Assembly (NCBI GenBank): GCA_028700115.1
Contig: JAQVTI010000004.1
Location: 1-32,000, forward strand
DNA from: Candidatus Iainarchaeum sp.
Lineage (GTDB): Archaea; Iainarchaeota; Iainarchaeia; Iainarchaeales; CSSED10-239
Direction of reading: 5' to 3'
DNA: 32,000 bases
The notes under the pieces were generated by a model. The model worked only from the letters and a program-made list of their open reading frames with translations. It searched no databases and had not been told where the DNA came from. The position numbers and the translations under genes are program-made. Of this stretch, positions 17,198 to 25,225 are shown piece after piece. Within the stretch, counting starts at the first letter, position 1; every line of letters starts with the position of its first letter.

Positions 17198-19045
17198 ATG
17201 AAAAAAAATGTAAATTCAAGAATGTATTTAGTAATTGGAGTAATCATAATAGCTCTTGTTTTATTTAGTGCTGGGATTTTTGCATCTCCAATTGATGGTG
17301 TAAATGTTACTTTTGAAAAAAGTACATATAACACAATGGAAGACTTATCTTTAAGAATAAACTATACAATTGAAAACAAATATGCAGAAGATATACAACT
17401 TCTAGTTTATGCAGAGTGTGATTCTGAAGAACTAGAATGTAGTTATTCAAAAACAATGAGTTTAAATGGTTATTCTTCAAAACAAACTTCTTTAATAGTT
17501 AAATCAATTGATGAAGGAAAAACAGATTTAAAGATATATGTTAGAGATATGCTTACAAATGAAGAAAATTATTTCTCAATAGATATAGAAACAGAAGACG
17601 ATTTAGATGAAGGTGACTTTGAAGTTGATGTATCAGACAGATCTTATTGTATAGGTCAATCAAATCATGCATATTTTACATTTGAAGATGTAAAGGTTTC
17701 AGATTTATATTACCTAGAACTTAGTTCAGAACAATTTCCTGCAAACATAAGAGAGGATTTGCCTATCTTTTTAAGAGGGGATGATGAAAAAGTAGATTTT
17801 ATTGTAGATCTGCAAAATGATGTTATGCCTGGAAACTATGAAATGGTTCTAAAAATATATAATGATGATATTGTTTCATATAAGACATTTAATGTAAATG
17901 TAAATGATTGCTCTTTAATTCAAGATCCTGAATTTAGAGTAATTTATCCACAAACAAGTTATTATGTTCTAGAAAAAGATAAACCTAAAGAAATTGAGTT
18001 TACAATTAAGAATTTAACTAGATATAATAAAACAATTTTTATAAATCATTCAGAAGACTTACCTTTTGGAATTTCATTTTCAGATATACAAATTGATCTA
18101 GAAGCATATGCTTCTCAAGAAGTAACTTTAGAAGTTGTTGCTACTCAAGATGTGCCTTCTGGAACTTATCCATTAGATATTACTTTCTTTGATGAAATAA
18201 CAACTTATGAAAAAACATTAACTTTTGCAGTTTCTCCAGAAAGTAATCTTATATCTACATTATTACAATCTAGTTTAGTTGTAAAATTTGGAGAAATTTC
18301 TCAATTTCAAATAGTTTTAGATAATTTAGGAGATTTTGATGAAAGAATAGATGTATCTTTTGTTTCTTCTAATGATTTAGAAATAGATATATTAAATGAT
18401 TCTTTTATAATTCCAAATAATTCTAAAGGAACTATTAATATAAGAATTTCTACTGGTAATAATTCTAAAGAAATGACTAGTAATTTAAATATAATTCTTG
18501 ATAGTAAAGATTCTGATTATAGTGAAGTTTTAATTCTTCCAATTGTTGTAATTAAGCAAATAAATAATTTAAATTTATCAATTCTTTCTCTTCCTCAAGA
18601 ACTTACTTTAGATAGTAATTCAGAAAATATAATTTTCTTAAATTTTAAAAATACTGGTTTAAAAGATATTATTATTTCTGATATTACTTTTGCTGGTATC
18701 TCTCAGGAAATAAGTGTTAAATTTGAATCAAATATATTAATTTCTTCAGGAGAAACAAAAGAAGTTTCTGGAAAAATTAATATTTCTGAGCTTATTTCTC
18801 AAAAGCAAGATGCAGTATTAATTATAAGAACTGATTCTGGTCAAACTTTAACACGAAATATTATTTTAAATATAACAGATAATAATATTGAAGAATTAGA
18901 TGATAATAAAAAATTTGGTCTTACAGGTTTTGTAAATTTAAGTTCTTCTATTTTTATTGGAATTGTTGTGTTTTGTTTACTATTAATTGTTTTATTTGCA
19001 ACAGGTGTAATTAGAACAAAACATAGAAATTATAATAGAAGCTAG
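17198..19045 (+). CDS. putative large surface (S-layer/adhesin-like) protein with repeated beta-sandwich-like segments and a C-terminal TM anchor
   Basis: Signal or anchor segment MKKNVNSRMYLVIGVIIIALVLFSAGIFA. Segments repeat with the pattern 'xFxIxNxG...xVxLxV' seen in archaeal cell-surface domains. C-terminal IFIGIVVFCLLLIVLFATGVIRTKHR. The ATG at 17198 is preferred over the GTG at 17189. Confidence 0.65.
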   Translation: MKKNVNSRMYLVIGVIIIALVLFSAGIFASPIDGVNVTFEKSTYNTMEDLSLRINYTIENKYAEDIQLLVYAECDSEELECSYSKTMSLNGYSSKQTSLIVKSIDEGKTDLKIYVRDMLTNEENYFSIDIETEDDLDEGDFEVDVSDRSYCIGQSNHAYFTFEDVKVSDLYYLELSSEQFPANIREDLPIFLRGDDEKVDFIVDLQNDVMPGNYEMVLKIYNDDIVSYKTFNVNVNDCSLIQDPEFRVIYPQTSYYVLEKDKPKEIEFTIKNLTRYNKTIFINHSEDLPFGISFSDIQIDLEAYASQEVTLEVVATQDVPSGTYPLDITFFDEITTYEKTLTFAVSPESNLISTLLQSSLVVKFGEISQFQIVLDNLGDFDERIDVSFVSSNDLEIDILNDSFIIPNNSKGTINIRISTGNNSKEMTSNLNIILDSKDSDYSEVLILPIVVIKQINNLNLSILSLPQELTLDSNSENIIFLNFKNTGLKDIIISDITFAGISQEISVKFESNILISSGETKEVSGKINISELISQKQDAVLIIRTDSGQTLTRNIILNITDNNIEELDDNKKFGLTGFVNLSSSIFIGIVVFCLLLIVLFATGVIRTKHRNYNRS

Positions 19046-20040
19046 AATTTATTTTTAGTTTCTTCAATTTCTTTTATTTTTTTATTTAAAAGATTCATAT
19101 TTTGATTCATTTTATCTATATTTTTATCAATTACAGCAATAAATTGTTTTTTAAAATTATCAACTTCTTTTATTTTTTCATCAATAATTTTTACGGCCAT
19201 TGCATCTCTTTCTAATTTTTTTTCAAATTCATTAACTTCTTTAATTTTTTGTTTAAAATCTTGTGTAATTGATGCTTCATATATTTTTAAAGATTGACTT
19301 ATTTTTTCATCAATTGTAACAATAAGATTTTGTTCAAAATCTTTTAATTCTTCTAATTTTTTATTTATTTTTTCTGGGTCTGTTTTATTTGCTATTTCAT
19401 TTCTAAAATGTTCTAATTCTTGTAATTCTTTTTTAATTTCTTGAGTCATTGAATTTTTTGCTTTACTTAAAAATTCTAATTTAACATTTTCAAATCTTTT
19501 TTCATATCTAATTGCTAAATTTTCTTTATAATTTTCTAATTCTTCTAATTTTAAATATAATTTTTTTGGATCTATATTTTTACTTATTTCTTCTTTAAAA
19601 ATATTTAATTTTTTTATTTGTTCTTTAATATTTTCTTGAGTATTTTTTACTAATCCTTGTGTAATTCTTGATTGAAGTGCTAAAGTGCTATTTATTTCTT
19701 TCATTTTTTCATTTAATTTTGTAGTTATTTTTGAAATTATTTTTGATATATTATCTTCTGTATTTTCTATTATTTGATCTGTTTTATTTTTAGTATTTTG
19801 TATATTTTCAATTACTTCTTTGTTTCTAGTTTCTAATTGATTACTATATGTTATTATTTTGTCTTTATCTTCTTCTAAAGTTTTTATTTTTGCATTTAAT
19901 TTTGCTTCAATTATTTTGAATTTTGTGATTTCAGATATTATTTTTGTATTTAATTTTGTTGATTCTTCAAGTATATTTTCTTCTAATTTTTTATTAATTA
20001 TTTCTTTTGTTTCTTTTTCGGAGTTTTCTATTCTATTCAT
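19042..20040 (-). CDS. K/E/I/N-rich coiled-coil protein; the reading frame stays open a further 134 codons upstream (to 20442), see findings
   Basis: Heptad-like repeats recur, for example KKLEELKDFEQNLIVTIDEKISQ, LKLEELENYKENLAIRYEKRFEN and KIKEVDNFKKQFIAVIDKNIDKMNQ. The first ATG is at 20040. No ATG, GTG or TTG occurs in frame between 20041 and 20442. Confidence 0.6.
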   Translation of the reverse strand: MNRIENSEKETKEIINKKLEENILEESTKLNTKIISEITKFKIIEAKLNAKIKTLEEDKDKIITYSNQLETRNKEVIENIQNTKNKTDQIIENTEDNISKIISKITTKLNEKMKEINSTLALQSRITQGLVKNTQENIKEQIKKLNIFKEEISKNIDPKKLYLKLEELENYKENLAIRYEKRFENVKLEFLSKAKNSMTQEIKKELQELEHFRNEIANKTDPEKINKKLEELKDFEQNLIVTIDEKISQSLKIYEASITQDFKQKIKEVNEFEKKLERDAMAVKIIDEKIKEVDNFKKQFIAVIDKNIDKMNQNMNLLNKKIKEIEETKNKF

Positions 20041-20442
20041 TTCTATTTTTACTTTTTCTTTTATAAATTCTTCTAATTTTTTTTGTTTTATATCTAATTC
20101 ATTTAATTTTGAATTAATTGTTGTAATTATTCCTGAAGCCCATATTTTATCTGTATCTTTTTGATTGTTTTCTTCATTTTGTTCTTTTTCTGATTGATTT
20201 TTTTTGTTTAAATAATTATATTCAAATTTAAAATCATCATCATCTTTTGTATAATTTTTAAGATTATCAATATCTATTTCTTTTGTTAAATCTATATTTT
20301 CATTTTCTTTTTTAAAATAATTTTTATTATCAATATCTTTCTCTGGGATTTTAATTTTATAATTTTCTGAAAAAAAGTTTTCTGGGATTTCTTCTTTTAA
20401 TTTTATATTATTTGTTTCTTCAATTTTATCTTTTATTTTTTC

Positions 20443-20766
20443 TTATTTTTTTTTTGTATCTTCTTGTTTTTCTTTTTTTAGATCTTTTTTTGTATCTTTT
20501 TGTTGGTTTTGATTAATTATTTTTTTATTTTCAGTATTTTTTTCATCTATATTTTTTTCTTTTTCAATATCTTTTATTATTTCTATTTTTTCTTCATCTT
20601 TATATTGATTAGAAGATATATTTTTATCATTAGATATATTTATAAGATCTTTACTATCGTCTTCACTAAGCCCCATTTGCATAAGATTTTCTATTATTTC
20701 TTTATCAGGCATTCCTAGTGATTTTAATTTTTTTATATTTTCAATAACTCTTTGATCTGCAATCAT
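20443..20766 (-). CDS. small protein with UBA-like helical N-terminus and a K/E-rich tail; probably the N-terminal part of the downstream coiled-coil gene
   Basis: MIADQRVIENIKKLKSLGMPDKEIIENLMQMGLSEDDSKDLI is followed by a low-complexity tail. It ends at TAA (20443-20445) in the same frame as the 19042-20040 ORF. It starts directly after the adk stop. Confidence 0.5.
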   Translation of the reverse strand: MIADQRVIENIKKLKSLGMPDKEIIENLMQMGLSEDDSKDLINISNDKNISSNQYKDEEKIEIIKDIEKEKNIDEKNTENKKIINQNQQKDTKKDLKKEKQEDTKKK

Positions 20767-20780
20767 ATTTTCACACAAAT

Positions 20781-21335
20781 TTATTTTATTTTATTTTTTA
20801 TTTTTGTTGTAATTTCTTTAAAGACTTCTTTTATTTCTTTATTGCCATTTATTATAATTAATTTATTTCTATTTTTATATTCTTTTATTACAGGATCTGT
20901 TTTTTCATAATAAAAATTAAGTCTATTTTCTATTGATTTTTTAGTGTCATCATATCTTTTTCTTAAAAGTAATCTTTTAATACATTCTTTTTTATTTAGT
21001 TTTATATAAATTATATTTTTAAGTTTTATATCTTTATTTAAATATAAAAAATAATCTAACATATTTGCTTGAGCAATTTCTCTTGGAAATCCATCTATTA
21101 ATATATTTTTATTTTTAATTTTTTTAATTTCTTTAAACATTAAGTCAGATGATATCTCAGGAGGTACTAATTCTCCATTAGTCATAATTTTTTTAATATT
21201 TTTATTTTGTTTTGATTTTTTTATAAGTAAATCACTCATAATTATATATCCTAAATTAAATTTGTTTTTAATATTTTCTCCTTGTGTGCTTTTTCCAGAT
21301 CCTTGTGGACCTAATATAATATATAAATTTTTCAT
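20781..21335 (-). CDS. adk: adenylate kinase (classical short Adk family)
   Basis: P-loop IILGPQGSGKSTQ. GELVPPEISSDLMF. IDGFPREIAQANMLD. RKRYDDTKKSIENRLNFYYEKTDPVIKEY. Length 184 aa. Confidence 0.9.
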   Translation of the reverse strand: MKNLYIILGPQGSGKSTQGENIKNKFNLGYIIMSDLLIKKSKQNKNIKKIMTNGELVPPEISSDLMFKEIKKIKNKNILIDGFPREIAQANMLDYFLYLNKDIKLKNIIYIKLNKKECIKRLLLRKRYDDTKKSIENRLNFYYEKTDPVIKEYKNRNKLIIINGNKEIKEVFKEITTKIKNKIK

Positions 21336-21479
21336 ATTTATTCTATTTAATTTTATATATATTGTGATTTTTTTAAATAAGATTATATTTAAAATATATC
21401 TTATTAAATATATTTATATTAAAAATAGTTATATATTATATTTAAAAGACTTATCATTTTTAAAAATATATATAATATT

Positions 21480-21554
21480 AGACCGGTAGCGTAGTCTGGA
21501 TAACGCATCTGCCTCCTAAGCAGAAGATCATGGGTTCGAATCCCATTCGGTCTG
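21480..21554 (+). tRNA. tRNA-Arg (anticodon CCT/CCU, reads AGG); no encoded CCA
   Basis: Cloverleaf folded by hand. Acceptor stem 21480-86 pairs with 21547-53 (AGACCGG/TCGGTCT, with one G-U). D stem GCGT/ACGC. Anticodon stem TCTGC/GCAGA with loop CT-CCT-AA (anticodon at 21515-21517). 5-nt variable loop. T arm ATGGG-TTCGAAT-CCCAT. Discriminator G at 21554. It is the sharpest GC-rich spike in the window. Confidence 0.88.
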
Positions 21555-21711
21555 TTATATTTTATTATTTTTGTATATTTATCCCTATTCTGTTTTTAAA
21601 TCTTTTCGGTATTTTTTTTAAATAGTATGTATTTATAAATTGTAAATATTCTTAAGATATTTATTAATACAATCTTTTATTTTAAATAAAAACTTTGGAG
21701 GATAGATTGTT

Positions 21712-21864
21712 ATGATGGTAAATAAATTAAATGTTGAATCAATTAATGATTTTGTTTTAGATTTTTTATCTAAATATAAATTTAAATTTGATGACGACGA
21801 AGAAGATTATGAAGACTTTGATGAAGAAGATGAAGATGAAGATGAAGAAGAAGATGATGAATAA
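21712..21864 (+). CDS. small protein (50 aa) with a short amphipathic N-terminus and a 24-residue almost pure Asp/Glu tail
   Basis: Strong Shine-Dalgarno GGAGG at 21697-21701, 10 nt before the ATG. Translation is MMVNKLNVESINDFVLDFLSKYKFKFDDDEEDYEDFDEEDEDEDEEEDDE. It is not in the supplied ORF track because it is too short. Confidence 0.45.
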   Translation: MMVNKLNVESINDFVLDFLSKYKFKFDDDEEDYEDFDEEDEDEDEEEDDE

Positions 21865-22054
21865 TTATTATTTTGAAACTTATCTTTTTAAAATATTAGG
21901 AAAATTATAAATGGGGGAAAATATTTTGGCAAAGAAAAATGTTAAAGCTTCTGAAACTAAAAAAACAGATGCTAAAGCTACTAAAAAAGTAAAGAAAAGT
22001 AAAAAATAAATTTTTCTATTTTTTTTCTTTTTTTTTCCTTTTTTTCCCTAATTT

Positions 22055-22210
22055 CTTTTTTATAAATTATTTTTTTTATAAATTATTTTTCTTTTTTATA
22101 AATTATTTTTCTTTTTTATAAATTATTTTTCTTTTTTATAAATTATTTTTCTTTTTTATAAATTATTTTTCTTTTTTATAAATTATTTTTCTTTTTTATA
22201 AATTATTTTT
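22055..22210. repeat. tandem array of the 20-bp unit CTTTTTTATAAATTATTTTT (7 perfect units plus one 16-nt truncated unit)
   Basis: Perfect units lie at 22055-22074 and, back to back, from 22091 to 22210 (six units). The truncated unit is at 22075-22090. Each unit carries the 8-bp palindrome TTTATAAA. The array ends 77 bp upstream of the trkH ATG. Confidence 0.95.
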
Positions 22211-22287
22211 TTTATATAATAAACTATATGTTTATAAATTCTTACTTCTTCTTATAATATATTTAAAATATATATTAGAGATTAAAT

Positions 22288-23730
22288 ATGGGTTTTTATT
22301 GGAATTTTAGAAATATATTTCATACTACTGGAAAAACAATAATGTTTAGTAGTTTTACTTTACTTCTACCTATTATTTTATCTTTATTTTTAAAAGAAGG
22401 ATTTTTTGTAACAAATACATATATTTTAATTTTTCTTTTAACATTTATTTTTGGGTATTTATTTTTTAAATTTATAAAAAGAGAAAATATTTTTGGATTG
22501 ACTTTTTCTCAAAGTCTTTTAATTGTTTTTTTTATTTGGCTTTTATATGCTATATTTTCTTCTTTACCTTTTTATTTTTTATCTGAATTAAATTTTATTG
22601 ATTCTTTTTTTGAAAGTATGTCTTCTTTAACAACTACAGGTCTTTCAATGTATAGTACAGGAGTTCCTATTTTAAAAAGTTTAATTATATGGAGATCTTT
22701 TTTATCATGGATTGGTGGTCTTGGTATTATAGTTTTAGCATATTTAGGAATATCTAAAAACATTTCTTTTAGTTCAAGACTTTTTTCTGCAGAAGGACAT
22801 GAAAGATTAAGACCTAGTCCTTCAAAAACTATAATAAATATGTGGATAATTTATTTAATTTTAACAATTCTGGGGGTTTTGTTTTTATATTTTGCAGGAA
22901 TGACTTTATTTGATTCATTTAATTATTCTATGTCTGCAATTTCTACAAATGGTGTTCAATCTAATAGTTTAGGTTTATCTATTATTGGTACTCCATTAAT
23001 TAAGTTAGTTTTAATTATAATAATGATTTTTGGGGCTACATCTTTTATTTTACATTATAATTTTTATAAAAAAAAATCTTTTAAAATTTATTTTAAAGAT
23101 AAACAATTTATATCTATGATTTTATTAATATTAATTTCTTTGTTTTTTGTTTTTTTAAAACTTGGAAAAGAATATGATCTTATTACAATTTTATTAAATA
23201 TTATAAGTATGATTACTTGTGGTGGTTTTACAACTTTTTCTACAAATCAATTACTTAATTCAGTACCATTTGTTTTTGGGATATTTTTATTATTAATGTT
23301 TATTGGAGGGTCTACTAATTCTACAACAGGAGGTATAAAAATAAACAGATTTATAATCTTTTTAAAATCTATTTTTTGGAAAATAAAACAATCTACACTT
23401 CCAAATATTGCTTATTTTCCAAGAAAATATAATAATAATATTATTGAAAATAAAGAAATTCGTTCAATTTATTTTTTTATTTTAGTTTATTTATTTTTTA
23501 TAGTTATTGGAATTTTTGTATTTACTTTTAATGGTTATTCTATAAATTCAAGTACTTTTGAAATAATTTCTGCACAAAGTAATGTTGGTTTAAGTATTGG
23601 TCTTACAAATAGTTTTATGCCTTTATCTACAAAACTTATGCTTATAATTAATATGTGGATTGGAAGATTAGAAATTATTCCTGTTCTTTCAATATTAGGT
23701 TTAATATTTATAAAAAAGCATAAACATTAA
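22288..23730 (+). CDS. trkH: Trk/Ktr-type potassium uptake protein, membrane subunit TrkH
   Basis: Polytopic 480-aa protein with four pore-loop-like signatures in order: SSLTTTGLS, ISTNGV, ITCGGFTT and STNSTTGGIK. It is followed by trkA. Confidence 0.85.
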   Translation: MGFYWNFRNIFHTTGKTIMFSSFTLLLPIILSLFLKEGFFVTNTYILIFLLTFIFGYLFFKFIKRENIFGLTFSQSLLIVFFIWLLYAIFSSLPFYFLSELNFIDSFFESMSSLTTTGLSMYSTGVPILKSLIIWRSFLSWIGGLGIIVLAYLGISKNISFSSRLFSAEGHERLRPSPSKTIINMWIIYLILTILGVLFLYFAGMTLFDSFNYSMSAISTNGVQSNSLGLSIIGTPLIKLVLIIIMIFGATSFILHYNFYKKKSFKIYFKDKQFISMILLILISLFFVFLKLGKEYDLITILLNIISMITCGGFTTFSTNQLLNSVPFVFGIFLLLMFIGGSTNSTTGGIKINRFIIFLKSIFWKIKQSTLPNIAYFPRKYNNNIIENKEIRSIYFFILVYLFFIVIGIFVFTFNGYSINSSTFEIISAQSNVGLSIGLTNSFMPLSTKLMLIINMWIGRLEIIPVLSILGLIFIKKHKH

Positions 23731-23792
23731 TTTTTAAATAAATAAGAAGATTTATAATATTTAAGTATATTAAATTATAAAGAGGAATTAAT

Positions 23793-24449
23793 ATGTATAT
23801 AATTATAATAGGTGCTGGGAATCTAGGTTTTTATGTAACTCAGACTCTTTCATCTGAAAATCATGATGTAGTTGTTATTGAAAAAGATGAAAAGAGATGT
23901 AAGAGTATATCTAATGATTTAGATGTAGTTACAATTAATGGAGATGCAACTGAATTATCTGTTTTAAAAAAAGCAGGAATTGATGAAGCAGATGTTGTTA
24001 TTTGTTTGACTGAAATGGATGAAATTAATTTAATAATAGGTCTTATGTGTAAAGAGCTTGGTGTAAATACAGTTGCTGCTTCTTTAAGCAAGATGGATTA
24101 TCAAAAATCAGTTTTAAAGAAACTAGGTATAGATATTGTAATTCATGCAGAAGCTGCTGCTGCTGGATATATATCACAATTAATTACACAGCCTGATGTT
24201 TTAGATCTTTCTTTTTATTCAAAAGGAGATGCTGAGATTGTTGAACTTAAAATTAATGATAAATCTAAATTTATTGGAAAATCTGTTTGTAAGTTTAATG
24301 ATCATATTCCTGGAGATACAAAAGTTATTGGTATTTATAAGAAAGGTAAATTTTTAATACCAGATGATGATTTAAAAATTGATAAAGGAGATAAGATTTT
24401 AATAATCTCTAAAAAAAGTAAAGTCTCATCTGTAAGAAAGTTAAAATAA
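23793..24449 (+). CDS. trkA: Trk system NAD-binding regulatory subunit TrkA (TrkA-N plus TrkA-C/RCK_C)
   Basis: Rossmann motif MYIIIIGAGNLGFYV...VVVIEKD. C-terminal RCK_C-like AEIVELKINDKSKFIGKSV...GDKILIISKK. AGAGGA RBS upstream. Confidence 0.85.
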   Translation: MYIIIIGAGNLGFYVTQTLSSENHDVVVIEKDEKRCKSISNDLDVVTINGDATELSVLKKAGIDEADVVICLTEMDEINLIIGLMCKELGVNTVAASLSKMDYQKSVLKKLGIDIVIHAEAAAAGYISQLITQPDVLDLSFYSKGDAEIVELKINDKSKFIGKSVCKFNDHIPGDTKVIGIYKKGKFLIPDDDLKIDKGDKILIISKKSKVSSVRKLK

Positions 24450-24472
24450 TTTTCTTATTTTTCTATTTTTTT

Positions 24473-25213
24473 TTAATTTTCATTTAAATCTTTAAAATGA
24501 ATACAAAAAGTTGTTCTATATACTCTTTGTCCATCTTTACTAACTCCAACTAATGTTTTTGAAGTTTTATATTCTTTTGCAATTTTATGTTTCATTAAAT
24601 GTTTTACAATATTATAGCTTATTTTTAAATTATCTAAATATAAGTCTGTTCCTGTTTTTTGTTTTTCTTCTCTTACAACATGTATTGTTGCACTAATTTT
24701 ATTTGTTTTTTCATTAATATTATCTATTATAGTTTCAATTTCTTTAAGTATTTTTTCTTCTACAATTTCCATAAATTTTTTATTATTAAATCTTAATTGC
24801 AAAATTGTTGTATAATAATTTCCAGAAATTCTTGAGCATGTAAGGCAAGTATCTTTTTTTAGATTAATTTCTTTTTCTTTTATAATTTCTTTAATTTTAT
24901 TTCCAAGTAAAGATTTTATATTAAATATAGCCTTATATTTATTTGATTCAAAATTTAGATCAAAAATAAGATCTATTTTTGTTTGTTTTAAATCTAAAAT
25001 TTTAACATTTTTTAAAATTGCTTCTTTTACATTTTCGAAATTATTATACCATATTTTACCATATCTAATTTTATTACATTTAACACAGTATGTAATATCT
25101 AAATCTGGTATTTTTACAAGTTCATGATCTTTAAGATAGCAATCTATACAAAAATTATTAATAGAATTACTATCATCTATATCTTTTCCACATTTTGGGC
25201 AAAATCTTTTCAT
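24473..25213 (-). CDS. NMD3-family protein (archaeal homologue of the 60S subunit export adaptor; COG1499-like), short form
   Basis: N-terminal Cys clusters MKRFCPKCGK...NFCIDCYL and YCVKCNKIRYGKIW are typical of NMD3 N-terminal zinc modules. At 246 aa it is shorter than the archaeal homologues I recall. It lies 12 nt downstream of the beta-CASP RNase gene. Confidence 0.6.
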   Translation of the reverse strand: MKRFCPKCGKDIDDSNSINNFCIDCYLKDHELVKIPDLDITYCVKCNKIRYGKIWYNNFENVKEAILKNVKILDLKQTKIDLIFDLNFESNKYKAIFNIKSLLGNKIKEIIKEKEINLKKDTCLTCSRISGNYYTTILQLRFNNKKFMEIVEEKILKEIETIIDNINEKTNKISATIHVVREEKQKTGTDLYLDNLKISYNIVKHLMKHKIAKEYKTSKTLVGVSKDGQRVYRTTFCIHFKDLNEN

Positions 25214-25225
25214 AATTTTATCCTA

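Noticed and set aside
19042-19045. The palindrome CTAG supplies both stop codons of two convergent genes: TAG on the plus strand at 19043-19045 and TAG on the minus strand at 19044-19042.
   Set aside because: This is a real feature, but it is a trivial consequence of genome compaction and is not a regulatory feature.
20443-20445. Possibility that the in-frame TAA reflects an alternative genetic code (TAA reassigned).
   Set aside because: TAA, TAG and TGA all terminate well-conserved genes in this window at the expected lengths: TAA for hsdM, hsdS, hsdR, adk and trkH, TAG for ORF 1 and the 618-aa gene, and TGA for smc, the PHP gene and the 128-aa gene. The standard code fits, and this is a single-site anomaly.
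21910-22009. Two overlapping mini-ORFs after the acidic ORF: ATG 21910 to TAA 21975 (21 aa, MGENILAKKNVKASETKKNRC) and ATG 21938 to TAA 22009 (23 aa, MLKLLKLKKTDAKATKKVKKSKK).
   Set aside because: They are too short, the frames are mutually exclusive, and only a weak SD-like AGGA is present for the first. There is no basis to prefer either. They would need ribosome profiling or conservation evidence.
22055-22210. Tandem 20-bp repeats considered as a CRISPR array.
   Set aside because: The units are directly abutting with no unique spacers, the unit is too short, and no cas genes are nearby. It is reported instead as a tandem/iteron-like array.
21480-22287. tRNA-Arg considered as an integration site for a mobile element, since the gene-poor 730-bp stretch downstream looked suspicious.
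   Set aside because: There is no integrase or recombinase gene. I found no direct repeat of the tRNA 3' half (GGGTTCGAATCCCATTCGGTCT) downstream that could serve as an attR.
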